A stretch of 64,000 nt of DNA from Candidatus Hydrogenedentota bacterium (GTDB lineage: Bacteria; Hydrogenedentota; Hydrogenedentia; Hydrogenedentales; SLHB01): assembly GCA_963745075.1 (NCBI GenBank), contig CAVUWV010000024.1:384001-448000 (forward strand), written 5' to 3'. Below are positions 29,325-39,726 of the stretch, piece after piece. The translations under genes were made by a program, and so were the position numbers. Under the pieces are notes generated by a model, which was not told the origin of the DNA, did not search any database, and saw only the letters and a program-made list of their open reading frames with translations. The stretch's first letter is position 1. Every line of letters starts with the position of its first letter.

Positions 29325-30626
29325 TCAGGTGTATTCTGGTAGATAGTCCCCATGTGCCGCAATCAGGTCATCGCACAACGACACCGTCTCATCGATGGTC
29401 AATTCCGCCGCCGTATGCGGGTCCAGCAGCGCCGCTTGGTAGATATGCTCCCGCTTTCGGGTCAACGCCGCCTCAATCGTCAGCTCCTGCACGTTGACGT
29501 TCGTTCGCGTCAGCGCGGCGCACTGCGGCGGCAGGTCTCCCGCATATGTTGGCGTAATCCCGCTCGAATCCGCTACGCACAGGACCTCGACGCAGCACCC
29601 CTGCGGTAAGTTTGTGATCAAACCGCTATTCAGCACATTCCCGCCGAAAGTGTACGCGTTGCCCGTCAACAGGGCGTCGAAGATATACGACGCATACTCG
29701 TGTCCCCGCATGTGGGCCAAGGGTTCATCCCGCAGTAGCCTCTCCTTCATGAAACCCCATTCCCGGATCTGGTTCACGCAACGGCGCGGGTATTCGTCCA
29801 AGGGGATGTGAAACCGGTCGATAAGTTCCGGCGTCCGGCTCTTGATAAACCACGGCACGTATTCGCTGCTGTGTTCGCTCGATTCGGTGACGTAATAGCC
29901 GAACCATTTCACGATCTCGAATCGCACCGCGTCTTTCTTCCAATACTCGGGGAGTTCCGCGCGGCGCTTAATTTCCGGATACAGGTCTTCGCCGTTCCGG
30001 CTGATTTCCAGCAACCATCCCTGATGGTTGATCCCCGCGATCTTCCAGCGCAGGTTGTCGTCCGGCAGATCGAGTTCCCTGCAGAGGTCCCCGGCGCACA
30101 CCTGGACGCTGTGGCATAAGCCGACCGTGCGAACACTCGTCGCGCGTTGGATGGCCCCCGTCAGCATCGCCATGGGGTTCGTATAATTCAGTAACAGCAC
30201 ATCTGGGCAGACGGCCTCCATGATCCGGCAGTACTCGATCATGACCGGGATCGTCCGCAGGGCTCGAAAGATGCCCCCGATGCCGAGCGTGTCCGCGATC
30301 GTCTGGCGCAACCCGTACTTCTTCGGGATCTCGAAATCGATGACCGTCGCCGGTTCGTATCCGCCCACCTGGATCGCGTTGACCACGAAATCGGCGCCCG
30401 TCAGTGCCTCCCGCGCATCGGCCGCGAGATACGCCCGAATCCGGGCCGTCGCCCCCAGCGAACGTTTGATAATCTCCAGCATCACATCGGACACATGAAG
30501 CCGGTCGGCGTCGATGTCTACGAGCGCGATTTCAGCGTCGCGTAGGCTGTCCACACACAGACAGTCCCCGAGCACGTTTTTCGCAAATACCGTGCTGCCC
30601 GCGCCTAAAAAGCAGATTTTGACCAC
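29325..30626 (-). CDS. melA: Glycoside hydrolase family 4, alpha-galactosidase (MelA-like)
   Basis: GAGSTVF, QTIADTLGIGG, NYTNP, GLCHSVQ, TESSEH GH4 motifs. Confidence 0.9.
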   Translation of the reverse strand: MVKICFLGAGSTVFAKNVLGDCLCVDSLRDAEIALVDIDADRLHVSDVMLEIIKRSLGATARIRAYLAADAREALTGADFVVNAIQVGGYEPATVIDFEIPKKYGLRQTIADTLGIGGIFRALRTIPVMIEYCRIMEAVCPDVLLLNYTNPMAMLTGAIQRATSVRTVGLCHSVQVCAGDLCRELDLPDDNLRWKIAGINHQGWLLEISRNGEDLYPEIKRRAELPEYWKKDAVRFEIVKWFGYYVTESSEHSSEYVPWFIKSRTPELIDRFHIPLDEYPRRCVNQIREWGFMKERLLRDEPLAHMRGHEYASYIFDALLTGNAYTFGGNVLNSGLITNLPQGCCVEVLCVADSSGITPTYAGDLPPQCAALTRTNVNVQELTIEAALTRKREHIYQAALLDPHTAAELTIDETVSLCDDLIAAHGDYLPEYT

Positions 30627-30736
30627 GAATTCGTCCCTTCGTAAATACATAGAGGTTAGTGAATGTTAAAGGGGTAGCAGAACGCAATCAACTGGACTGC
30701 TTTAACTTATCCGGCCACGCCGGTACCATGGGGCAT

Positions 30737-31711
30737 ATGTCGACGCAGCAATCGCTACCCGCTTCCGAACCCACGAATAATTCGTCCTGGCGGCACCACC
30801 TACAACACCCGGAGTGGTTGACCACGTCCGAGGGCGCGCCGCGCGGCTACATCCAGCCCCAGGCCCTATCGGAACTGTGGTTTCACACGGGGACCGCGTG
30901 CAATCTGCGCTGCCCCTTCTGCCTCGAAGGGTCCAAGCCCGGCGACAACCGGCTGCAACTCGTGAAATTCGAGGACGTGCAGCCCTTCATCGATGAGGCC
31001 CTGGAACTCGGCGTCGAACAGTTCTCCTTCACGGGCGGCGAGCCCTTCGTCAACCGCGACATCAACCGGATTCTGGAGTACGCGTTGCAGCACCGGCCCG
31101 GCCTCATCCTGACCAACGGCACGAAACCCTTGCGACAACGCTTCGACGACGTGCGCACGCTGCTGGACGCTCCGAACGCCATTCGGTTCCGCATCAGCCT
31201 CGATTACCCTGATGCGGAAAGGCACGACGCGGGCCGGGGAAAAGGCAATTTTGATTTGGCCGTGGATACGCTCCGCATGCTGCACGACGCCGGGTTCGAG
31301 GTTTCTATTGCGCGCCTCGGCCTGCCCAACGAAGACCGCGCTGAAGCCGATGCCGCGTACTTGCCCGTGTTCGAGCGCGCCGGGGTGCCTGCCGACACCC
31401 ACATCGTCGTCTTCCCCGATTTCAAACCCCCGTGCAGCCATCCCAACGGTGTCCCTGAGATCACCGAGAATTGTATGACCACCTACCATACCGAAGCCGG
31501 CCGTGCCGCCTTCATGTGCAATTTTAGCAAGATGGTCGTGAAGAAAGACGGACACATGCGCGTCTACGCCTGCACCCTCGTCGACGACGACGACGAATAC
31601 GACCTCGGCGGAACCTTAGCCGACTCGATGGACGTCCGGGTCATGCTGCGCCACCACCGTTGCTTCGCCTGCTTCGCCCACGGCGCCAGTTGCAGCGAAC
31701 GCGGCACCTGA
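30737..31711 (+). CDS. Radical SAM protein
   Basis: CNLRCPFC (CxxxCxxC), FTGGEP, LTNG; Cys-rich C-terminus HHRCFACF..GASCS. Confidence 0.9.
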   Translation: MSTQQSLPASEPTNNSSWRHHLQHPEWLTTSEGAPRGYIQPQALSELWFHTGTACNLRCPFCLEGSKPGDNRLQLVKFEDVQPFIDEALELGVEQFSFTGGEPFVNRDINRILEYALQHRPGLILTNGTKPLRQRFDDVRTLLDAPNAIRFRISLDYPDAERHDAGRGKGNFDLAVDTLRMLHDAGFEVSIARLGLPNEDRAEADAAYLPVFERAGVPADTHIVVFPDFKPPCSHPNGVPEITENCMTTYHTEAGRAAFMCNFSKMVVKKDGHMRVYACTLVDDDDEYDLGGTLADSMDVRVMLRHHRCFACFAHGASCSERGT

Positions 31712-31737
31712 TCGATCAGACATGAGCCGATAGGTAT

Positions 31738-32743
31738 TTACTGGTTACCCATATCCCGCAACGCAATCCCCAACGCCAACACATTCTCCGGCGCATTTGT
31801 CATACGAACGGCATCCTTCTCCGTGGTTACGACCATTCTGTCCGCGACCAGCGCTGCTTCCGGAATGACCGTATGATCCCGAAACGGCCGCCGCTCCTGA
31901 ACGACCGCCCCCAACTCCTCCAGCGTCCGGTAGAACCCGCCCGGATTCCCGATCGCACACACCGCCGTCACGTGCTTTCCATGCAATTCCGCCAACCCGA
32001 CTTCCTCGCCATCCGCCACACGCCACAGCGTGTCCGGCGCATGTCGCGTCCGCCGGACCGGCACACCCGGGCAGTGTCGCTCCAGTGCCTCGCGCAGGTC
32101 CGCGTCCATATCGTCCATCGCGCCACACCGCGTCAGAACCACCTGCGTTGCCCGCACCAATGCTCTACCGGTTCGCGCAGGATCCCCCGCGGCACCAGCC
32201 GCCCGTTCCCGAAGGGGTTCGTCGCGTCGATCACCACGATATTCTCGTCCCGCTCCAGGCGCACGTACTGAAACCCATCATCCAGAATCAGCGTGTCGCA
32301 CCCGAACCGCGCGATAGCTTCCTTCGCTGCCGCAACGCGATCCCCAGACTTCGCAATCACCACCTCCGGCGCTTTCCTCGCGATAAGCGCGGGCTCATCG
32401 CCCAACCAATTTCCCACATCGACGCGGCTTCACTTCCCGGCACCACCAGCGCATCGCTCGACTCCTTCCTGGCCCCATACCCCCGCGTTAGCACGGCCAC
32501 CTTGTGTCCCGCCGCGATCTCCTGCTGCACGCGCTCGATAACGGCCGGCGTTTTCCCCGTGCCGCCCGCCGTGATGTTCCCGAAACTAATCACCCGCGCG
32601 TCGACGCGCTCCCGCGGACCGTGCAGACGCAACCACATGCCCGCGCGTTGCACCGGCGTCGCGGCCGTCAGCAGGGCGGCAATCGGGGCGGGGATGGGCT
32701 CGCCATTACGAACCTTCTCGGAAAGGGTTTGAAAGAAACTCAT
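31738..32743 (-). CDS. lpxK: Tetraacyldisaccharide 4'-kinase (two apparent frameshifts near 32410 and 32163)
   Basis: GNITAGGTGKTP, LTRGYG, GDEP, ILDDGFQ, P.G.LRE, IGNP, TTEKD motifs spread over three consecutive frames. Confidence 0.92.
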
Positions 32744-33957
32744 CGCGGGGCGAAACGTTTGCCGCTGAACTGCCGGACGAGTCCCTTCAGTTCGAGCAGC
32801 GTTAACGTGCTTAACGCCTCGGAAATGGAAATGCGGCAGTTCTGGGCGATCTCGTCGACGTAGGAGCCGTCCGGCGCCAGCGCGGACAACACGGCCTTCT
32901 CCGCACCCGACGCTTCCACGCGTCGCGGCGGCGGAGTGGGGGATGGGGGAGGCGGTGCGGGTGCAGGTGCCTCCGGGGTCCGCTTGCGTAGAAACACGGT
33001 CTTCGCTCGGGATGGATCCGTCGTCGGACTTGACCGCTCGGTCTCAACCGGAACGCCCACGACTACCCCCGCGCGAATTTCCGCCGGCAACTCCAACTCG
33101 ACCAGAATATCCTCGACCGTCTCCACCAGTTTCGCGCCTTCGCGAATCAGCGAATGGGGACCCTGGCTGTTCGTGATACCCACCTGCCCCGGCACAGCAA
33201 ACACTTCGCGGCCCTGTTCCGCCGCTTGCCGCGCGGTAATCAACGCGCCGCTGGTCAACGGCGCTTCCACGACCAACGTGCCCTGGCTCATGCCGCTGAT
33301 GATGCGGTTGCGATAGGGGAAATGTCCCGGCGACGGCTTCGTGCCCATGGAAAACTGCGACACCACCGCGCCCTGCTGCGTGATTCGCTGCATCAAGTCC
33401 GCGTTTTGGTTGGGATACACCACGTCAACGCCGTTGCCCAGGACCGCGATGGTCCGTCCTCCCGCCGACAACGCACCGCGATGGGCCGCTGTGTCGATGC
33501 CCGTCGCCATGCCGCTTACCACCGTGATACCCCGCGCCGCGAGTTCGCGCCCAAACTTCTCCGCCATGCGCAGCCCATAGGGCGAGGCGCGTCGCGTGCC
33601 GACGATGGCCACACAATACTGGTCCTGTTCCAACAACGCGCCGCGCACGAAGAGCAGCAGGGGAGGGTCATAGATTTCGGCCAGCCGCAACGGATACGCC
33701 GGGTCTTCCATCGTAATCACCGACGCGTCGTACTCGGCCATGGCCCGCTGCTGCCCGTCCACGTCCGCCACGTCGGTGTACTGCGTGATCCGCTGGGCCA
33801 GTTTCGGCCCGACCACCTCTTCCAAGGCCCCCCGGCTCGCCCGCAGCACGTTCGACGGACTGTGAAACCGCGCCAGCAACCGAATAAACAACGCCGTCCC
33901 CACGCCCGGCACCAGCGCCAGCGTCAACCAATCCCGTTGTTCATCCGTCAGTCGCAT
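32740..33957 (-). CDS. dprA: DNA-processing protein DprA/Smf
   Basis: AIVGTR, VSGMA.GID..AH, FP.RNRIISG, SGALITA, GREVFAVPG; C-terminal winged helix. Confidence 0.96.
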   Translation of the reverse strand: MRLTDEQRDWLTLALVPGVGTALFIRLLARFHSPSNVLRASRGALEEVVGPKLAQRITQYTDVADVDGQQRAMAEYDASVITMEDPAYPLRLAEIYDPPLLLFVRGALLEQDQYCVAIVGTRRASPYGLRMAEKFGRELAARGITVVSGMATGIDTAAHRGALSAGGRTIAVLGNGVDVVYPNQNADLMQRITQQGAVVSQFSMGTKPSPGHFPYRNRIISGMSQGTLVVEAPLTSGALITARQAAEQGREVFAVPGQVGITNSQGPHSLIREGAKLVETVEDILVELELPAEIRAGVVVGVPVETERSSPTTDPSRAKTVFLRKRTPEAPAPAPPPPSPTPPPRRVEASGAEKAVLSALAPDGSYVDEIAQNCRISISEALSTLTLLELKGLVRQFSGKRFAPR

Positions 33958-34057
33958 GACAAAACTATAGCAGGAGCCGAATGCATTGTCGACACGCCCC
34001 AACGGGGCACGAATTCTGCCCAAGGAGGAATCTACATCAAGGAAGCTATCGTTGTTC

Positions 34058-34172
34058 AAAGGGGCACGGGCGTCTCGCCCGTGTGTCTGTAGATTCGACC
34101 AAGCCTATTTCCCATCGCGGCTACCGCGGGAGCACCAATAAGATACACGGGCGGGACGCCCGTGCCCCCTTT
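34058..34172. repeat. REP doublet (inverted CACGGGCG..ACGCCCGTG palindromic units)
   Basis: AAAGGGGCACGGGCGTCTCGCCCGTGTGTCT (34058-34088) and AGATACACGGGCGGGACGCCCGTGCCCCCTTT (34141-34172) are near reverse complements. Confidence 0.8.
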
Positions 34173-34317
34173 CATTTCGGACTAATTTGGATATTCTTGC
34201 TCGTCTTTAAGATGTATCCGTCGACTGGGGGCGTCATAGCAGCCGCAATTCCCGAATTCGTTTAGTGTGAAATGCATTTTATCTACTCGTATGATGTAGC
34301 GAAACCATGGAGGCACA

Positions 34318-35896
34318 ATGAAATCATTATCCCGTCGAGATTTCATACGAACTGGTTTAGCCACCACGGCCGCCGCTGGGCTCGGATTTCAAAGCATCAA
34401 ATCCTACGCCGCCGAACCCGCGGCTCCCACGACCCGCCCCAATATCCTCTTCATCTTCAGCGACGATCACGCCTGCAACGCCATCGGCGCATATGGGTCG
34501 AAGATCAACCAGACGCCGAACATTGACCGGATTGCGCGGGAGGGGGCGGTGTTTTGGAACAACACGTGCTGCAACTCGATTTGCGCGCCGAGCCGGGCCG
34601 CCGTCTTGACCGGGAAACACAGCCACGCCAATGGGCTGATGACGAACAAAAACACCTTCGACGGATCGCAGACGACTTTCCCGAAACTGCTGCAACAGGC
34701 GGGCTACGAGACGGCCCTCATCGGCAAATGGCACCTGAAGTCCGACCCGACGGGCTTTGATTACTGGGACATCCTCCCCGGCCAGGGCAAGTACTACAAC
34801 CCCGATTTCATCTCCGCCGACGGTACGCGCCAGGTTTTCGGGTACAACACCGACATCGTTACGGACCTGTCCATCCGCTGGATGCAGGAACAGCGCGACC
34901 CGGACAAACCGTTCCTGCTCATGTGCCAGTACAAGGCGCCGCACCGTACCTGGATGCCGGACGCGAAGCACCTCGACCTCTACGCCGACGAAGACATCCC
35001 CGAACCCTCGAACCTCTTCGACGATTACTCGGGCCGCACCAGTTCCATCACCAGGAACAAGATGCGGATCGCGGACGACCTCATGATGGGGTACGATTTG
35101 AAAGTCTTGCCGCCGGAGGAAGGCCGCGACGCCAACCTGTTCCCCAATACGTCATACACGCAGATGTCGTCCGCCCAGAAGGCCGCGTGGGATGCCGCCT
35201 TCGAACCGCGCAACGAGGCCTTCAAAGCGGCGCATCTCGAGGGGAAAGACCTCGTCCGCTGGAAATACCAGCGCTACATCAAGAACTACCTGCGCAGCAT
35301 CGCCTCCGTCGACGACAACATCGGTCGTCTCCTCGATTACCTCGAATGGTCCGGCCAACTCGACAACACGATCGTCGTCTACAGTTCCGATCAGGGGTTT
35401 TACCTAGGCGAACACGGCATGTTCGACAAGCGCTGGATGTACGAGGAATCGTTGCAAGATGCCGCTCGTCGTGCGTTGGCCCGGCGTCATCAAACCCGGC
35501 ACCAAGCTCGAAGCCCTGACCCAAAACATCGATTTCGCGCCCACCTTCCTGGACGCCGCCGGCATCACGCCGCCCGCCGAAATGCAGGGCATGAGCCTTG
35601 TCCCCCTCATGCGCGACCCCCACGCCCCATGGCGCGACGCCATCTACTACCACTACTACGAAGACGGCGGCGAACATAACGTCGCCCGCCACGAAGGCGT
35701 CCGCACCGCCCGCTACAAACTCATCCACTTCTACGACGTCGACGAATGGGAGTTCTACGACCTCGAACAAGACCCCCACGAAATGCAAAGCCGCTACGAC
35801 GATCCCCCCTACGCGGAGGAGGTGCAGCAGCTGAAAGAAATCCTGGAACGCTTACGGGAGCAATACGAATTACCCGCACGTCAAGGCAAGGTCTAA
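34318..35896 (+). CDS. Tat-exported sulfatase (one apparent frameshift near 35455)
   Basis: SRRDFI twin-Arg signal, [21 protein letters not shown] (CxPxR), GKWH; C-terminal half continues in 35459..35896. Confidence 0.92.
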
Positions 35897-35921
35897 GTAT
35901 CGCGAGGTTGGTAAGGTCCGG

Positions 35922-36167
35922 TCATGTGGGGAAGATCTTTCTGATGATTTCCTCACGATTCATTCCGAAATGGCTGGCAACGTCCGCCAAGATCGAGGAA
36001 AGGGTACCGACCCTGAGAGGATTGTGGTTAGGAATGGTGACGTGGTGCTCACCTTGCTGCCGCGTGGTCAGGCGCATGTGACTTCCCGTTTGGCGGGTGA
36101 TTTCGTAGTCAAGAGCCTTGAGTGCCTTCGCCAATTCGTTCCCTGAGATATTGCGAGGCAGTCTCAA
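35922..36167 (-). CDS. hicA: HicA family toxin
   Basis: RQTGSHMRL, VTIPNH, GTLSSIL HicA motifs. Confidence 0.88.
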   Translation of the reverse strand: MRLPRNISGNELAKALKALDYEITRQTGSHMRLTTRQQGEHHVTIPNHNPLRVGTLSSILADVASHFGMNREEIIRKIFPT

Positions 36168-36370
36168 ACGGTGATGACCTCTTCTCGAACGAAGTGCAAT
36201 CGCACTATCGCCGGTGCCTTGCCCTCGTCAAAGTGGCACCGAACCGCGTCCCGCACGTTCTCGTGCAATTCCGGCAACGAGTCGCCTTCGGTGAATATGG
36301 ATTCCCCCAACGCCCGGGCGATGTACCCGCCTTCAGGCGATTCCTCGACGAGAATAATCAGTTCGCTCAT
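36164..36370 (-). CDS. hicB: HicB-like antitoxin (short, no DNA-binding domain)
   Basis: EESPEGGYIA...IFTEGDSLPEL..NVRDAV; overlaps the hicA start; GAGGT RBS. Confidence 0.8.
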   Translation of the reverse strand: MSELIILVEESPEGGYIARALGESIFTEGDSLPELHENVRDAVRCHFDEGKAPAIVRLHFVREEVITV

Positions 36371-36612
36371 GGCTACCTCACTGGTTCCATTGAAGTTTGC
36401 CATATAAGTGCCCGTTTCGCAAATGGTTGTCCAAATGCTAAAGTCATACGGGAGTATGCATGGGTGTAGGGAAGAGGGCATCTTGCGGAAACCTTGGAAC
36501 TTCTCCGGGAATACTACCAAATGCCGCAGCCGGAAGGGGTGAACGTCGGAATCCGGATTTTACGGATGAGACGGACCCCGCGGATCTGCGTACCTTTGGT
36601 ACGGAGACCATC

Positions 36613-37662
36613 ATGAATGCACACTTACCGTTGGGATTTCTATGCTTGAGCGCGTTTATGCTGTCGGGCACTTTGGTTAGTCACGCAGAAAATGTCTCAA
36701 AGCAAGAAAAGACCAGAATCACCTTTCCAATAACGCCCGAAGCAGTAGCCGCAGAAATTGACAAAGGTGGTCCTCGCGTGGTGTTCGAGATCTATGACGA
36801 CAACGAAGCTTGGAGCAAATTCCTCGAAAAGACTGCGTCAGGAAAACGCGAATGGTTGGAAATCGCTCTTCGCTGCATGGATGCAGCCGACGCGCACCCC
36901 AGCGAGGAATTGCACGCCGCTTTTGGCGCTGCACTGAAGGACAATCCCGAAGCGTGCCTTGAACTTGCACAAACTACGAAAGCGACACTTCATAGTTCCC
37001 TGTTCGCGACATTTCCGGCCTACGACTACCCGACACTGGATGTGCCACAGGCCGAACTGAAAGCCCGGATTGACGCCGTGACGGCGGTATCAAGGGACGA
37101 TCTTGCGAGTATCAAGGAAGAATGTCTGGCTGACCTTCGAAACGAACTCAAAGCTGTGCGGAAAGAGTTCGGAGCACTCGAAAGTGAACTACCGGAAGAC
37201 AGTCCGCATTACTTACGTTGTGAAGTCGAGGTGGGCCCGTCGAAGCGAACTCCAGAGGATCCGCTTTGCAGGGAGCTTCTATCCGGTCCGAAACACCTTC
37301 GCGAAGCGAATGGCCAAGATTCTGGCAGTGAGATTTTGGAGTTCTATCGCCTCATGGTCTTCGATTCTGACGACGACATCTACACGACCGATGAGGAGCT
37401 TCTCGTGTTTGAACGTGTGAGCGACATTTATCGTGGTCCAATGCAGTGGAAGCGCGATCCGGCGACCGCGCTGAAGTCCGTGCGAGGTGCAGAAGAGCAG
37501 GTACCTTCTGACCTATCCGGCGTCGATGTAATTGGCTGGAACGCGTGGAACTGTGTCCTCATCAAGCTAAACGAGGCTCACTATCTTCTCACAATAACGG
37601 CCCCTGATACAGTTGAAGCCCGCAAAATCGTGGTAGGGACATCGAGCGCAACTGCACGCTGA
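36613..37662 (+). CDS. Hypothetical exported protein
   Basis: GGAG RBS, signal peptide ending SHA, 349 aa ORF that is visibly less GC-rich than its neighbours. Confidence 0.6.
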   Translation: MNAHLPLGFLCLSAFMLSGTLVSHAENVSKQEKTRITFPITPEAVAAEIDKGGPRVVFEIYDDNEAWSKFLEKTASGKREWLEIALRCMDAADAHPSEELHAAFGAALKDNPEACLELAQTTKATLHSSLFATFPAYDYPTLDVPQAELKARIDAVTAVSRDDLASIKEECLADLRNELKAVRKEFGALESELPEDSPHYLRCEVEVGPSKRTPEDPLCRELLSGPKHLREANGQDSGSEILEFYRLMVFDSDDDIYTTDEELLVFERVSDIYRGPMQWKRDPATALKSVRGAEEQVPSDLSGVDVIGWNAWNCVLIKLNEAHYLLTITAPDTVEARKIVVGTSSATAR

Positions 37663-37765
37663 AAGTGTGCCGCAACTCTCCCATGGGATTCTTGCGGACG
37701 TTGAACCCGTGCGCAACGGCAAGAAAGAGCCATAAGTTGTCTAATTTGGTGAGCCAGGACGGATT

Positions 37766-37835
37766 ATGGAACGCGGATCTTACGGAACACACTGATCCGC
37801 ACCGATCCGCTGCATCCGCGAAATCCGCGTTCCAT
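37766..37835. repeat. Inverted repeat with 9-nt periodic CGGAT/ATCCG units between convergent genes
   Basis: ATGGAACGCGGAT (37766-37778) and ATCCGCGTTCCAT (37823-37835); related units near 36553-36585. Confidence 0.6.
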
Positions 37836-37853
37836 TGTTTTCCTGAGACGGGC

Positions 37854-39656
37854 CTACTTCCCTACCTGAAACCGGTAATTCCAACGCCGGTTCGGCGCGC
37901 TGTCGCCGTTGACGCCGAGTTCCTGGATGCCGTCGAAACTCTGGATGTTGTCGGCCCAGTGGAAGTCGAAGGAAGGCGTGCCGCTCGCTTCGCCGATGAG
38001 GTCACGCGGCACCGCCAACTCAAGTGCGTTGCCCTTGGCCTGATACTTCGCGGTCCCGATTTGCTTCCACGCGCCGTTGTTCCATCGCTGCACAGCTGTT
38101 TCAGAGTCGTTCAAAACCTCGTGGTTGACAAGAATATCGTACCCGAGCCAGCCCGTGGAGGCGTCCTGGTCGGTGTCGACAAGTAGCAGCATCCACATGG
38201 GATCGGTGTGCGGCGTGATCGGGTCGGCGGTCTCGACGTAGAAATAGACCTGCCCATCGTCGTACGCCGCTTTCGACCGCACGATGTCATTCCGGCCGCT
38301 GTCGTTCGCGTAGATCAGCTTGCCGTAGCCGGGGTGGTTCCGGTGAATCACGTCGCCGACGGTGTCGCGGAATTCCGGTTGCACCGTCTCCCAGTCCCCA
38401 AACTCGCCGTCAATAGTTATTTCAGATGGACCCGTGGCCACAGGCAACGGCCGTACCCCCTTGAACCGCCGAATCCAGCTCGCGAGTTGATAGTAGTAGT
38501 TGTCGGTGTGGCCGCCCGCCATGGGCTCGCAGTCGCGGCTGTATTCCTGCGTATACTCATCGACAAAGAGGCCGCCGGGGAAATAACAGTCCTTGTCGGT
38601 ATATTTCGACCACTCGGTGTAGCGTCCGGCGACCCACTCGTTCCAACCGGTAACGAAGATGAACTTCGGGTCGACCTCCATCGCCCGCTTCCACTGCTCC
38701 TCGAAGTTCAGGCCGAGGTTCACCGCGCCCTCCCGCGTGTCTTTCGCGCCGTCGTGCCAGCTCCGGCCCATGGCGCCCCGCTTGTCGGACATGGGGGCCG
38801 GACCCGGCGTGTTGGGCAGCGCATTCTGTCCGACGCCCACGCTCATCTGCTCGGCCTCGCCCGCGCTGTTGCGGAAGACGTGTTGCGGATAGACCTCCAG
38901 CCAGCTCCACTGGTCCGGACCGCTCGGGCCGTCCCAGTAATCCGGCATCGGACGCCGGAACGTGAAGAAGTCCAGCATCTCCGGGTCCTTGACGAACTCC
39001 TTGTTGGCCAGCACGAAGGGTTTGCCGTCCCACCGGAACCATAAGTCGCTCCAAAGGCCCGGTTTATACAAATCGTTCCAGATGCGGTCGAGTACCGGCA
39101 TCGGGTCCCAGAACGGACAGATAAACCCGATGTACGGCGTTTTGTTCCCTTCCGCGCGCATCTTTGTGTATTCGCGGCACAAGGCTTCGTACTCGTCCCT
39201 CCACGTGAACGGCGCGTTGGTTGTATCGAAGAGCACCACATCCACGCCCGCATCGCTCAGCATGCTCGCGTGTTTCCGGATGACGAAGGGGTCCGTCATC
39301 AGGTAATACCCTAATTCCGGCTCGCCCCAATGATACGGACTGCCGTTGCTCGGCCAATCGACCTTGCCGTCTTTCGCCGTGGCGAGCAGCTTAGTGACGT
39401 CGTTCGGACCATCCGCGCCTCGGGGAATGTGCCACGTCCAATAGAAAATGCCGACCCACTTATCCTTCTGTGGCGCCCCCGCCTCGACTGGACCCGGCAT
39501 GGTTCGCCCCAACGCATCCGTCGCGACCCACGTGTCCGCGTACAAATCGCGGTACGCATTCGCCGGCTGGGCGTATGCGGTAGCTCCCGTGGATGTTAGT
39601 CCCAATAAGGTCAGAATCAGAACGCACGTCTTTACGTCCATCGTGTTGAACTCCAT
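37854..39656 (-). CDS. Secreted glycoside hydrolase, GH99/GH71-like TIM barrel plus C-terminal beta domain
   Basis: Signal peptide; VGIFYWTWH, WGEPELGYY, HASMLSDAGVD, FVTGWNEW motifs. Confidence 0.7.
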   Translation of the reverse strand: MEFNTMDVKTCVLILTLLGLTSTGATAYAQPANAYRDLYADTWVATDALGRTMPGPVEAGAPQKDKWVGIFYWTWHIPRGADGPNDVTKLLATAKDGKVDWPSNGSPYHWGEPELGYYLMTDPFVIRKHASMLSDAGVDVVLFDTTNAPFTWRDEYEALCREYTKMRAEGNKTPYIGFICPFWDPMPVLDRIWNDLYKPGLWSDLWFRWDGKPFVLANKEFVKDPEMLDFFTFRRPMPDYWDGPSGPDQWSWLEVYPQHVFRNSAGEAEQMSVGVGQNALPNTPGPAPMSDKRGAMGRSWHDGAKDTREGAVNLGLNFEEQWKRAMEVDPKFIFVTGWNEWVAGRYTEWSKYTDKDCYFPGGLFVDEYTQEYSRDCEPMAGGHTDNYYYQLASWIRRFKGVRPLPVATGPSEITIDGEFGDWETVQPEFRDTVGDVIHRNHPGYGKLIYANDSGRNDIVRSKAAYDDGQVYFYVETADPITPHTDPMWMLLLVDTDQDASTGWLGYDILVNHEVLNDSETAVQRWNNGAWKQIGTAKYQAKGNALELAVPRDLIGEASGTPSFDFHWADNIQSFDGIQELGVNGDSAPNRRWNYRFQVGK

Positions 39657-39726
39657 GGCTGATCAAATGTTGCCCATAATTCCGAGCTAGGCCGGACGAC
39701 CTCCCACAAATTTCCATCGTCGGAAG

